Shown: piece after piece, positions 1-9,702 of the stretch
How positions within the stretch are numbered: the stretch's first letter is position 1
Layout: each line of letters starts with the position of its first letter
Source of the DNA: Candidatus Anstonellales archaeon
GTDB taxonomy: Archaea; Micrarchaeota; Micrarchaeia; Anstonellales; J096
Direction of reading: 5' to 3'
NCBI GenBank assembly: GCA_038896535.1
Contig: JAWACY010000002.1
Location: 14,473 to 78,472 of the forward strand
DNA: 64,000 nucleotides
Made by a program: the position numbers and the translations under genes
Notes under the pieces: generated by a model
Told to the model about the DNA's origin: nothing
The model's input: only the letters and a program-made list of their open reading frames with translations
Databases searched by the model: none

Positions 1-1305
1 GCCGTTTACACTTAAATTATAATCACTGACTTCCAAGCCAGCAATATCTTTGACCATAAATCTTATTACACTGCCTTTATCTACTTTTGTTATGTCTGGC
101 TCTAATAAAAATTTATCTTTTGGCAATTTATCATTTTTCTTTATTTTTATTATCTCTTGCTGGCTGCCCTGCGTTGAGCATGAAATATTCATGTCTCTAT
201 CAAAATTTTTTGGGTCAATTAATAAAGAAAATGCGCCAAAATTGTCTGCTTGCGTTGCATAAAAAAGATTGTTTGCCCTTATTGTTATTTGCTGGTTTAA
301 TGGCCATGAATAACCTTCAATGGAGAATGGTATAAAACCAGCTTCATTTGGAAAACTTTTTATATAACATCCTTTGCTTATGTCAATTTTTAGAAATGAC
401 TTCCTGAAATTTTTCAAATAAAGCAGAAGCAAGTTGTTTTCTTTTATTGCATATGATAATGAATAGCCATCAATGCTATAGCTCTGCCTTGGTCTGTCAG
501 AAAAAACTACAACAGAAGTTGGATAAAAAGCAATTATTTTATCCCCCTCCAATGTTGTAAAAAGGGCAGTTGTTTCCTTTATTTCATATTTATTTACAAT
601 ATTCATGTTCGGCAATTGAAGGACATAATATGCTTTGTTTGTTAATACTCTCGCTTCATTTCCAGAGCTGCTTATTGCTTGTACTGAACCATCTAAATTT
701 ACAGAAGATATTGTTTCCCCGTTTTTATTTACCAACAAAACAAGCCCTGTTAAGGAACCAGCAATATAGCCATATAAATTTTCTCCAACATTGGACTTTG
801 ATTTTATTAATGGGAAAAGCATCTGTTCTTTTAACTTATTGTTCTCACTTGTTATTAATGAGATACCTGCATTTGAATAAAGAAAAACACCATTGCTTGC
901 AGGCCTTATGAAATCTGCTACTCTATCAAGTACCAATGAATCAATGGGGTTGCCATTTTCATCATATAAATTTAGTGAATACAAAAGCCTCTGGCTTCTT
1001 TCATCTTTATCTAATGTTAATACATATAGCGAATTATTTGATACAGCCATTGATATTGCACTGCCATTTATTGTTATGCTTGTATTTGACACTGGAATAG
1101 CAGATAAGTAATATAGCCCTATGCTTCCATCTCCTCCTGCATAAGCTTTATTTTTTATAAATGCTAATGCATTAGCACTTAAGTTAGTTATGCTATAAAT
1201 ATTACCATTCTCACTTGTTGCATATAAAGCTGTGCCGTCATATGTAAAATATATGTTTTGATAAACATAGGAACCGAAGTGTATAGTAAATAGGTTAAAT
1301 AACAT
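1..1305 (-). CDS. Hypothetical secreted repeat protein; its 3' end runs off the window, with at least 435 codons open
   Basis: This ORF is absent from the supplied track because it has no stop inside the window. My manual reverse-complement translation from the ATG at 1305 (MLFNLFTIHFGSYVYQNIYFTYDGTALYATSENGNIYS...) stays open to base 1. The N-terminus is hydrophobic. An in-frame TTG at 1340, overlapping the rpl11 stop, would give a signal-like start MFKFSRFFLIFAM. No family was recognised. Confidence 0.55.
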   Translation of the reverse strand, partial: MLFNLFTIHFGSYVYQNIYFTYDGTALYATSENGNIYSITNLSANALAFIKNKAYAGGDGSIGLYYLSAIPVSNTSITINGSAISMAVSNNSLYVLTLDKDERSQRLLYSLNLYDENGNPIDSLVLDRVADFIRPASNGVFLYSNAGISLITSENNKLKEQMLFPLIKSKSNVGENLYGYIAGSLTGLVLLVNKNGETISSVNLDGSVQAISSSGNEARVLTNKAYYVLQLPNMNIVNKYEIKETTALFTTLEGDKIIAFYPTSVVVFSDRPRQSYSIDGYSLSYAIKENNLLLLYLKNFRKSFLKIDISKGCYIKSFPNEAGFIPFSIEGYSWPLNQQITIRANNLFYATQADNFGAFSLLIDPKNFDRDMNISCSTQGSQQEIIKIKKNDKLPKDKFLLEPDITKVDKGSVIRFMVKDIAGLEVSDYNLSVNG

Positions 1306-1333
1306 TGCAAAGATTAAAAAAAATCTTGAAAAT

Positions 1334-1798
1334 TTAAACAATTGTGAGCTTACCATTTTCTATTTCCTTTTGCACTTGTTTTGGGTTCATGCCATCTACA
1401 TTAAGGCCCATGCTTAATGCAGTGCCTAAAATCTCCTTTACCGCATTCTTCAGGTTTTTCGATACTTTATTTGAACTTTTTGCTATTTCTATAACATCCT
1501 TTAAAGATATATTGCCAATAGCATTTTCTTTCCATGCTTTGCCATGCCCTTTTTCTATGCCTGCCTTTTTCTTAAGCAATTGTGATACAGGCGGGCTTCC
1601 TACAGAAACTTCAAATGTTTTTGTTTTTGGATCAACCAATACAGTAACTGGAACTGTAATGCCCTCAAATGGCTTTGTCATTTCATTTATCTTATTTACT
1701 ACTGCTTGCGTATTTATTCCTAATGGCCCTAATGCCGGGCCTAATGGAGGGCCTCCAGATGCCTTTCCACCTTCAACCATAAGTTTTATTTCCTTCAT
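1334..1798 (-). CDS. rpl11: 50S ribosomal protein L11 (uL11)
   Basis: The N-terminus reads MVEGGKASGGPPLGPALGPLGIN and the length is 154 aa. This is the characteristic L11 N-terminal proline/glycine motif. Confidence 0.9.
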   Translation of the reverse strand: MKEIKLMVEGGKASGGPPLGPALGPLGINTQAVVNKINEMTKPFEGITVPVTVLVDPKTKTFEVSVGSPPVSQLLKKKAGIEKGHGKAWKENAIGNISLKDVIEIAKSSNKVSKNLKNAVKEILGTALSMGLNVDGMNPKQVQKEIENGKLTIV

Positions 1799-2040
1799 GC
1801 TTCCACCACCGAATTTAATAATTAATAATTAACATCTTAATGTTATAATTAAAAATGAATATTAGGAAATATTTAAAATCATATTAGTTAGACACTTAGT
1901 AGTTAGACACTTAGTTAAAGATGGCAATATTAGTTAAAGATGGCAATAGCAAAAAAGAGCAAAAATGCTAAGATTGGCTGGCTTAAGATTGGCTAGTGTT
2001 TGGGGTTTGATTTTTTAATCCTTTCATATTTAATATATTA

Positions 2041-3210
2041 ATGTTCGATCTATTAAAAAAGAGCATAAAAAACTTTGTAGATTCAGCGTCATCTATAATA
2101 AAAGGCAAGAAAGAGAAAAAAGAAGAAATTGAAGAAAAAGAGAAAATAGAGGGAGAAGGAAAAAAAGAGGGTATGAAAGAAGAAGAGCAAAGGGAAGAGA
2201 TAAAAAAAAGCGAGGAAAGGAAAGAAAGGGAAAATAAAGAGCAGGCCAAGGAAATTGATAATGAGGAAAATGATAGGAATAGGCTAAAAACAGATAGAGC
2301 AATTGCTGAGAAGCCAGAAGTTAAGGTTGGATTGTTTAAATCTGTTGGGGCAGTAATAACAGGCAGAATAAAAATAGAAGAGAAAGACATTAAACAAGCC
2401 CTTGAAAATCTTGAAATAGCACTCATAGAAGCAGATGTTGCTATAGATGCTTGCGATGAAATAAAAGAAAAATTAAAGAGAAACATTGTTGGTTTAGAAT
2501 TGGGCAAAGAGCAACTTAATAATTACATTATGCAATCAATAAAAGAAGCATTAAGAGAGATGATGAAAAAAAGCGATTATGATTTGCTTGAAATTTTGAA
2601 AAAAGAAAAGAAAAGGCCATATACGATATTATTTTTTGGGCCGAATGGTGCAGGGAAGACATCAACAATAGCAAAAATTGCATTTATGTTAAAAAATAAT
2701 GGATATAGCGTTTTAATAGCAGCAGCAGATACTTTTAGAGCAGCAGCAATAGAACAGCTTGAGGCACATGCAAAAAATCTTGGCTTAGATATAATAAAAG
2801 GTAGTTATGGCCAACATCCATCTTCTGTTGTTTATAATGCAATAAATTATGCAAAAACAAGAGGCATTGATGTTTTACTTATTGATACTGCTGGCAGGCA
2901 AGAACTTAATATGAATCTTATGAAAGAACTGGAGAAAATAAAGAAAGTTGCTAATGGGGATTTGCATATATTTGTTGTAGAAAGCATTGTCGGCAGCGCC
3001 GTTTATAATCAAATAAAAACATTTAATGAACTTGTTGGCATTGATACTGTAATATTAACCAAGACAGACCTCGATGCTAAAGGAGGGGCAATAATATCAA
3101 TAGGAAAGGCAACAGGCCTGCCAATAATGTATATAACAAAAGGGCAAAGTTATGATGCCATAGAGAGATTTGAACCAGAAGTATTTTTGAATAAAATATT
3201 AGAATGGTAA
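2041..3210 (+). CDS. ftsY: Signal recognition particle receptor FtsY
   Basis: The SRP-GTPase motifs GPNGAGKTSTIAK, DTAGRQ and TKTDLDAKGG are present. About 90 aa of N-terminal E/K-rich sequence forms the A-domain. Confidence 0.9.
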   Translation: MFDLLKKSIKNFVDSASSIIKGKKEKKEEIEEKEKIEGEGKKEGMKEEEQREEIKKSEERKERENKEQAKEIDNEENDRNRLKTDRAIAEKPEVKVGLFKSVGAVITGRIKIEEKDIKQALENLEIALIEADVAIDACDEIKEKLKRNIVGLELGKEQLNNYIMQSIKEALREMMKKSDYDLLEILKKEKKRPYTILFFGPNGAGKTSTIAKIAFMLKNNGYSVLIAAADTFRAAAIEQLEAHAKNLGLDIIKGSYGQHPSSVVYNAINYAKTRGIDVLLIDTAGRQELNMNLMKELEKIKKVANGDLHIFVVESIVGSAVYNQIKTFNELVGIDTVILTKTDLDAKGGAIISIGKATGLPIMYITKGQSYDAIERFEPEVFLNKILEW

Positions 3211-3243
3211 AATAACATTGAAAAATAAAATAAATAAAATAAA

Positions 3244-3687
3244 TTGAAAAACAAAAGGTTGAATAAAATGAAAGAAAAGAAAGAAGCACAAAAGCATGAA
3301 AATATCATTATTACAGATGCAAATTTCCTTATCTATGCAATTGAAAAAAGGATAAGGTTAGAAGAAATTTATGATATTATTGAAGGAAAATGCACATTTG
3401 CAATGCCTGAAAAAGTAAGAAGGGAGCTAGAGAGAATAGCAAGTAAAAAAAGCAGAGAATCAAAATATGCGAGAGTTGCCTTAATTTTACCTATAAAGGT
3501 TATAGCAGCAAAAGGCAGAACAGCTGACGAGCAAGTTTTAAATGCTGCTTTGTCAATCAGTAATTTAAATAAAGATTATTTAACAGCTTATATAATTACT
3601 AACGATAAAAAGCTTATAATAAATGCAAAAAAGAATGGCATTGGCGTAATAACAGTAAAAGGACTAAAAGGTTTTAGCATTGCCTGA
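3244..3687 (+). CDS. PIN-domain protein, Fcf1/Utp24-like (COG1412-like)
   Basis: The N-terminal ITDANFLIYA and C-terminal IITNDKKLIINAKKNGIGVITV show the acidic PIN pattern. The track start is TTG; the likely ATG start is at 3268 (MKEKKEAQ). Confidence 0.55.
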   Translation: MKNKRLNKMKEKKEAQKHENIIITDANFLIYAIEKRIRLEEIYDIIEGKCTFAMPEKVRRELERIASKKSRESKYARVALILPIKVIAAKGRTADEQVLNAALSISNLNKDYLTAYIITNDKKLIINAKKNGIGVITVKGLKGFSIA

Positions 3688-3778
3688 TATTGCTTATCAA
3701 AGTATTACAAAGTATTAATTACTACAAAGTTGCTTATTACTTATTGCAAAGCTATTATAGATGGGTCTATTATAAAGA

Positions 3779-4810
3779 TTATAAAGCATTTTTTAACCTA
3801 TTTATGTTATATCTTAATTCGTTATCATTAATGTATTCTGTTTCAATTAGTTTTAATAATCTTTCAATAGCATTTACATATGTATTATGTTTTCTTTCAT
3901 CAGTTGCTTTTAATGCAACGCTAAACTTTTTCAGTACATCTTCAATGTTTGCTATTCTCTCTTTATTCAAAATACTCAATTTTGTGTAATAAAGCGCAGT
4001 TATTAAAAATATATCAAAAACACTCTTTTGCCTGCCTTCTAAGTTAAACTTTGTATTGAGGCAACTTGCATCACCTGCTAAGCTGATAAGAAATTGATCA
4101 GCATAAAGATAATCAAAAATGTATAAGAATGCCTCTTTAAGCCATTCATTATGCTTCTCTTTTTTTATCTTCTCCATAATATTGTTAAGTTCTAATAAAA
4201 ACTTAATGCCCTGGTCTTTATAAAATGCAAGCTGCTTGTTATTATCAACTTTTTCTTTTATAAACAACTCTTTAAGCAGAGCAAGATTTCTATCATATTC
4301 ACTTATTAAACTTTTAATATCTGAATAACTATTTGCGCCCCTTATTTTATGCCTTATTTTTTGTAAAACTTTAAATAGCTCATCAACAGTAATATTTTGT
4401 TTAATATTTTGTTTTCTTTCTAGCATTTCTGGCCCTTGGCTTATCTTTCCCTCGCCGATTTGTCTTATTGTTTGTAGCTTTTGCGATTGTTTATTAATTT
4501 CCCTTTCTCCCCCTTTTATAACCTGCGCTGGTTTTTCTTTAAAAAATGATTTATAATAATCTATTTTTTGTGCAAATATTTTTGTATTTGGATTGCTATT
4601 CAAAATATCTCTTATTAAATATAAATCCTCAGCATAAAACATTTTTGAAAGTTGCTCAAAGAATTTTTTAATTGTATTTTCATCAATTTTGCCAGTGAAC
4701 ATATAACCCTCTATCTGTCTTTGCATTATTCTGTCTTTGCTTATTATATTTTTTATTGCTTCTTCAATATCCTTTTTGCTTTTTCTTTGCCCTTGCATGC
4801 TGTTTGTCAT
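3779..4810 (-). CDS. Hypothetical protein (343 aa, helical, K/E/N-rich)
   Basis: This is a long uninterrupted ORF with no competing ORF. No motif was recognised. Confidence 0.5.
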   Translation of the reverse strand: MTNSMQGQRKSKKDIEEAIKNIISKDRIMQRQIEGYMFTGKIDENTIKKFFEQLSKMFYAEDLYLIRDILNSNPNTKIFAQKIDYYKSFFKEKPAQVIKGGEREINKQSQKLQTIRQIGEGKISQGPEMLERKQNIKQNITVDELFKVLQKIRHKIRGANSYSDIKSLISEYDRNLALLKELFIKEKVDNNKQLAFYKDQGIKFLLELNNIMEKIKKEKHNEWLKEAFLYIFDYLYADQFLISLAGDASCLNTKFNLEGRQKSVFDIFLITALYYTKLSILNKERIANIEDVLKKFSVALKATDERKHNTYVNAIERLLKLIETEYINDNELRYNINRLKNAL

Positions 4811-4875
4811 AATATTATTATGTTATAATAAGGGGTTTAAAAATGTATTCAACTTGCTTTTAATCTTAAACAAGC

Positions 4876-5310
4876 TTATGCATTTATCCTTCTTGATTTG
4901 CTTATTTGATTTATTAATTTCTCATTACTTAAAAATCCACAGCCAAGGCACGCATTATTATGCAAGACAGCAACAAACTTATTAAAATTATATTCGTCAA
5001 TAAATATTTTTATATTCCTAACTTCAATGTCATTTCCTTTTGCATAAATAAATGCTTGCTCTTTATCAAGCAATACAAAATTTTTCATCGCTAAATTACC
5101 AAAGATTTGCAGAAAGTTTGTTGTTGGCTTATAGCCATTTTTTATTTTTTTCAATGCAACAATGCCAAAATGCTCTCCAATATTTTCGAATGTAAATGCT
5201 ATTATTTTCTCATTTTTTTGTAAAAATTTTATATGTTCTGGCAATGTTATGCCAAAATAAGATAAATACCAATTTCTTGCATAAATATTTGCATCAATGC
5301 TTTCATCCAT
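4876..5310 (-). CDS. Possible Nip7-like / UPF0113 pre-PUA plus PUA domain protein
   Basis: The pattern HFGIVALKKIKNGYKPTTNFLQIFGNLAMKNFVLLDKEQAFIYAKGNDI resembles the NIP7 N-terminal domain. A C-terminal LGCG segment is present. This is recognition by eye only. Confidence 0.4.
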   Translation of the reverse strand: MDESIDANIYARNWYLSYFGITLPEHIKFLQKNEKIIAFTFENIGEHFGIVALKKIKNGYKPTTNFLQIFGNLAMKNFVLLDKEQAFIYAKGNDIEVRNIKIFIDEYNFNKFVAVLHNNACLGCGFLSNEKLINQISKSRRINA

Positions 5311-5334
5311 ATTTAGCCCATGTTAATATGTTAA

Positions 5335-5607
5335 TTATTGCTTAAGTTTTACACTGCCGGATTTTATTTTTGTTATACATAGCAATCTTTGGTCTGGTTG
5401 TGCTCCCATCATGCTTAATTGCCCTTTCTCATATTCACTTGGCTGTTCCAAGTTTTCCATGCCTTCAACTACATGGGTTAAACAGCTCCCACAAACTCCT
5501 TCGTGGCAAGCGAACAATATAGAACATTTTCCATCTAATGTGCCAAGGCTTTCTCCATCATTAAGCTCTATAGTTTTGTCATCATTAACAATATATACCT
5601 TTGCCAT
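5335..5607 (-). CDS. 2Fe-2S ferredoxin-like protein
   Basis: CHEGVCGSC gives a C-x4-C-x2-C pattern, and a distal Cys sits in LLCITK. The protein is 90 aa. Confidence 0.7.
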   Translation of the reverse strand: MAKVYIVNDDKTIELNDGESLGTLDGKCSILFACHEGVCGSCLTHVVEGMENLEQPSEYEKGQLSMMGAQPDQRLLCITKIKSGSVKLKQ

Positions 5608-5678
5608 GCTAATAAATTATGATATATATTTTTAAATGCATTATTTTGATTTTTGACATTTGCTATAAACTTCTTTTT

Positions 5679-5763
5679 GCTGGGGTGGCAGAGCGGTAAT
5701 GCGCCTGTCTCGAAAACAGGTGCCTGCTTAGCAGGCTCAGGGGTTCGAATCCCCTCCCCAGCG
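5679..5763 (+). tRNA. tRNA-Ser (anticodon CGA), class II with long variable arm
   Basis: I folded it by hand. The acceptor GCTGGGG pairs with CCCCAGC and the D stem is GCA/TGC. The anticodon stem CCTGT/ACAGG carries the loop CTCGAAA. The variable arm is TGCCTGCTTAGCAGGCTC and the T arm is AGGGG-TTCGAAT-CCCCT, with discriminator G. This is a GC-rich island in AT-rich DNA. Confidence 0.9.
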
Positions 5764-5821
5764 CAACAAATATGAAAGGCAATGAGCAACGATTTTTAAA
5801 TGTTTTTTTTCTTATAATTAT

Positions 5822-6991
5822 ATGGAAAAATTTAGGGAGGGCAATAACAAAAATGGAAGTTATGGAAATAAAAATGCTGGAAATAAAAATGAAGAACATA
5901 TTGTTAAAGAATTGGCTGAAGTTATTAGGAATTTAAAACCGCTATCAAAAGAAGAGCTTAGAGAGGCCAGAATGAGATTTTCTATTGCTCGTTTTTTTAT
6001 TGATTCTGGCAATGAAAAAAACAATGGAGAAGAAAAACAAGACATGTATAAGGAAATATATGAAGCCCTATATAATTTAAGGCCACAGATAACAAATAAT
6101 AATGAAGGGAGAAAAGGGAAAAATAGGAAAAGAAAAGAATCAACATACGGAAAGCAGAGCGATAATAGTTATGAGATGGATGATAATGGTTTTGGGCAAG
6201 ATGTTTTGGAAAACATAAAAAAAGATCCTGATTTGAAAATTGCTGAACAAAATATAGATTTGATAGATTATGTATTAAGAATAAACAATTATAAAAGCGT
6301 TGGCAAGGATGAAGTGACAGTTTTATGCCTATTAAAAGAAATAATAAAAGCTTATCAAAAATTGCCTTATTATACATGGCAAAAAGCAAACTTTTTATTA
6401 AGATCATTGCTTAGATGTGAATATAAGGATAATAAGATTTTAAATGAAATTATAGAACTAACAGAAAAGTTTAACATTGTTGAATTCTTAGATGAATTAA
6501 AGATGCTAGTAGAAAAAGGAAAAGTGCCAGATGAAAAAAAAGAACAAGTCAAGAAATTAATAGAGAAATTTGAAAAAATAAACAATATGGGCAAGAAAAA
6601 CATGGGAGTGGAAAAATACATTACGTCAGTTATAGAAGAGGCCAGATTTCTTGTTACTTTATGCAGAAATAACCAATGCAAAAACGACATTTATTTTGAA
6701 CACTTGGCAGAATTGGAAAATTGTTTGCATGCACTATTCAATCTATATAAAGAAATTGAAGTAAAAACAACACTTGCTTATAGGATTGAAGAAACATTTA
6801 GAGATATAGCCAAATTTGATGATGTGCGCATAAATAATATTATATTGAATTATATAAAAGACCTTGAATTGTCAAATTTAATTGATATCCCAGAGAGAAT
6901 GCTAAATGATGGCTCATACCCAGAATCAATCAGAAAACAGGCAGAGAATGTAATTGAAAAATTAAGAAAAAATAGCGGAAACAAAGATTAA
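5822..6991 (+). CDS. Hypothetical protein (389 aa)
   Basis: This is a long ORF with an ATG start. No motif was recognised. Confidence 0.5.
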   Translation: MEKFREGNNKNGSYGNKNAGNKNEEHIVKELAEVIRNLKPLSKEELREARMRFSIARFFIDSGNEKNNGEEKQDMYKEIYEALYNLRPQITNNNEGRKGKNRKRKESTYGKQSDNSYEMDDNGFGQDVLENIKKDPDLKIAEQNIDLIDYVLRINNYKSVGKDEVTVLCLLKEIIKAYQKLPYYTWQKANFLLRSLLRCEYKDNKILNEIIELTEKFNIVEFLDELKMLVEKGKVPDEKKEQVKKLIEKFEKINNMGKKNMGVEKYITSVIEEARFLVTLCRNNQCKNDIYFEHLAELENCLHALFNLYKEIEVKTTLAYRIEETFRDIAKFDDVRINNIILNYIKDLELSNLIDIPERMLNDGSYPESIRKQAENVIEKLRKNSGNKD

Positions 6992-7016
6992 GATTTTAGT
7001 AATTAAGTTTTGCTGC

Positions 7017-9650
7017 TTATTCTATAATAAAACATGGCTTTAATGGCAGCCCAGATTTTTCTTTTTGCGTTATTTCCTCTTTCTTTATATTTTCTTCATC
7101 AATTATTGTAATGTTCCCAAATTGTTGAAAGTTCTTTATGCTTGCTTTGATACTTTGTTTAAATAGCTCTTTTTTTGGTATGCTTGGAATAGAAAATATT
7201 TTTCCGCCAAGCCTTTTTACAATATCATTTATATCATTCTTATAAGGCGAGAAATAAGGGCTATTGTAAATATTTCTAACATTGCCCTTAGCCAATTTTA
7301 ATTCTTCAAAAAACCTATATTTCCATTCATGTGGAATAATAATTTTTATGTTAGCATGTTTTATGCCCTTTCTAAGCATGTAATTTGCTATATCTCCGTA
7401 AGTTTCTCTAACAACAGACATGGATGCAATAATATGCTCATCATAAGGCTCTTGCTTTGGTATTTCCATATTTACATTTGCCCCATTTTGCATTGCAAAG
7501 TCAGGGAAAAATGGTTCAATTACAATAAGCCACTTCTTTATTGTTTCCTTTAATGCTGGTTTTTCAACTATGCTTTCATACCATTTTAATTCATTATAAA
7601 AGTCATAAAAGAATAATTTAGCAAATTCCCTGAAATCAAGATTGTCTATTAATTTATCGACAAGCCCCAATTTTTCATTAAAACATGCCCTTATCCATTG
7701 CTCAGCTATTGTATTGCCCTCATTGCTGCTTTTATTTATTATATAATTAAAAAATGAGAGTCTTTGCTTTATGCCTTCAATGAGCGTTTTATTAAAATCA
7801 GTATCTTGCAGTAAATCTGCACTGCTGACAACGCTAAATCTTATTATATCAGCTCCATGCTCTTTTATTGCCTGTCTTAATGGCAGTATATTGCCCATGC
7901 TTTTACTCATTTTTTTGCCCTCCATCATAACAAAGCCATTTATTGCTATTTGCTTAGGCCAATGCTGCTCTGGAAATATTGCAACATGGTTCATGATATA
8001 AAATGCTAAATGATTCCTTATCAAATCTGGGCCGCTATGCCTTGAATCAACAGGATACCAGTAAAGAAATTGCTCTCTTAATTTTTCATGCATTTCATTT
8101 TTTGGCTTTCCTTTGCCATAAAATACATAATCAAAGAATGCCTCATCAAGTTCTTGTGGGGAAAATGCCTTTATTTTATCTGCTATTGTATAGAATGCAG
8201 GATAAATTGTTGAATCGCTTAAACTTTCTATAACTTGCGATTCATCAAAAGGAAATTGTGTGCCAAGCCCTCTTGCTCTCGTGCATGCTTTTTTGTCAAG
8301 CCATAATATTGTATTTCTCAGCTCTTGCTTAACGCTGTTTGGGATTATAACCATCTTATCCAAGCATTTCAAAGCTTTTTCTTTCCATTCCTTGTTCCCA
8401 TAATCTATAAACCATTGATCTTTAACTAATTTTACTACAACTTCATCTCCTGCCCTTGTTTTTATTGGCCCGTTTGCAATTATGTAATAAGAAAATGCAT
8501 TATTATTTTCAATAAGCCATTTTTTCACTTCATCTTTTGCTTTGCTTACTGGCATTCTTTGCCATACAATAAGCATGCCTTTAGCATTCTCATCTTTATA
8601 AACCTTTTTTGTTGCCTGCTCAAGCCTTTCATCATCTTGATTTTTTATGCCCATTTTTTCAACAACATCTTTTGCTGGAATATCATATCCTTCAACCTCA
8701 ATAATCTTCTTTATTTCAAGTTTCCCAATATCTTTTAATGCAATGTAATCAAATGGTGCATGAGCTGGCACGCTCATAACAAGGCCAGTGCCATTATTAG
8801 GTTTTACAAATCTTGCATGATATATTGGCACTTCTTTTTTATCAGCAGGATTATAGGCAGTGCTATTTAATAATTCAGCCCCTTTTATTTCTTCTATGGC
8901 CTCAACATCTTTTTGCATAGAGAAATTTTGCAATGTGCCTTTGCTTATATAGTATATTTCATTATTCTCTCTATCTTTTATTTTTACATAATCTGCCTCT
9001 GCATTGACCCAAATGTTTGTGACTCCAAAAATTGTTTCTGGCCTATAAGTTGTTGCTATTAAATAGCCATCTCTAAATCTAAATTTTATTGCACAAACTT
9101 CTTCTATTTCAGGATCTATATCCCCTTTTGTATCATGTGCTCCAACAGCAGAATTTAACTTTATACTCCATGCAACAGGATGCTCCGCCTTTAATAAAAG
9201 CCCAAGTTTTTTTAATTTCAAGAACTGCCATTGTATAAATTTCTGAAAATGTTTATCAAATGTATAAAATTTTCTGCTCCAATCAATCATAAAATGCATT
9301 TCTTTCATGCCCTGCTCTATCTCATTTGCAAAATACAAAACAAGCTTTTCAGGATCTGTTAGCTCTTTTAACTTTTGCTCAGGCACACCGTAAATCTTTG
9401 TCAAAACTTCTATTGTATCTTTATCATGCTCTTTTATTCTTTCAGCCATTCCAATAATTGGTGTTCCAGTAACATGAAATGCCATTGGGAAAAGGACATC
9501 AAATCCTTTATGCTTCTTAAATCTTGCATATATGTCAGTCATGCTATATGTTCTGGCATGCCCTATATGCTGTGGGCTGTTTGGATAAGGAAAAGCTGCA
9601 GTTATAAAAAATTTTTTCTTGCCATCTTTATCTTTATTTTCTCCAGCCAT
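7017..9650 (-). CDS. leuS: Leucyl-tRNA synthetase (archaeal type)
   Basis: The class I signatures are PYPNSPQHIGHARTY (HIGH) and KMSKSMGN (KMSKS). The protein is 877 aa. Confidence 0.92.
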   Translation of the reverse strand: MAGENKDKDGKKKFFITAAFPYPNSPQHIGHARTYSMTDIYARFKKHKGFDVLFPMAFHVTGTPIIGMAERIKEHDKDTIEVLTKIYGVPEQKLKELTDPEKLVLYFANEIEQGMKEMHFMIDWSRKFYTFDKHFQKFIQWQFLKLKKLGLLLKAEHPVAWSIKLNSAVGAHDTKGDIDPEIEEVCAIKFRFRDGYLIATTYRPETIFGVTNIWVNAEADYVKIKDRENNEIYYISKGTLQNFSMQKDVEAIEEIKGAELLNSTAYNPADKKEVPIYHARFVKPNNGTGLVMSVPAHAPFDYIALKDIGKLEIKKIIEVEGYDIPAKDVVEKMGIKNQDDERLEQATKKVYKDENAKGMLIVWQRMPVSKAKDEVKKWLIENNNAFSYYIIANGPIKTRAGDEVVVKLVKDQWFIDYGNKEWKEKALKCLDKMVIIPNSVKQELRNTILWLDKKACTRARGLGTQFPFDESQVIESLSDSTIYPAFYTIADKIKAFSPQELDEAFFDYVFYGKGKPKNEMHEKLREQFLYWYPVDSRHSGPDLIRNHLAFYIMNHVAIFPEQHWPKQIAINGFVMMEGKKMSKSMGNILPLRQAIKEHGADIIRFSVVSSADLLQDTDFNKTLIEGIKQRLSFFNYIINKSSNEGNTIAEQWIRACFNEKLGLVDKLIDNLDFREFAKLFFYDFYNELKWYESIVEKPALKETIKKWLIVIEPFFPDFAMQNGANVNMEIPKQEPYDEHIIASMSVVRETYGDIANYMLRKGIKHANIKIIIPHEWKYRFFEELKLAKGNVRNIYNSPYFSPYKNDINDIVKRLGGKIFSIPSIPKKELFKQSIKASIKNFQQFGNITIIDEENIKKEEITQKEKSGLPLKPCFIIE

Positions 9651-9702
9651 CAGGAATATGTCAATAGAACAATTTTTAATTTTTTTTATTCCTTATTATT
9701 CA

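Noticed and set aside
3244-3687. The PIN-domain gene might be a VapC toxin of a toxin-antitoxin pair.
   Set aside because: There is no small antitoxin ORF upstream; ftsY ends 33 nt before it. The sequence pattern fits the conserved archaeal Fcf1-like housekeeping PIN family better.
5568-5899. Two minus-strand ORFs (5568-5789 and 5663-5899) overlap the tRNA-Ser.
   Set aside because: They run antisense through a well-folded tRNA gene and its flanks and have no coding features. The tRNA explains the GC-rich island.
5679-6991. The tRNA-Ser might be an integration site for a mobile element carrying the 389-aa orphan.
   Set aside because: I saw no integrase, no duplicated tRNA 3'-end fragment downstream and no flanking direct repeat.
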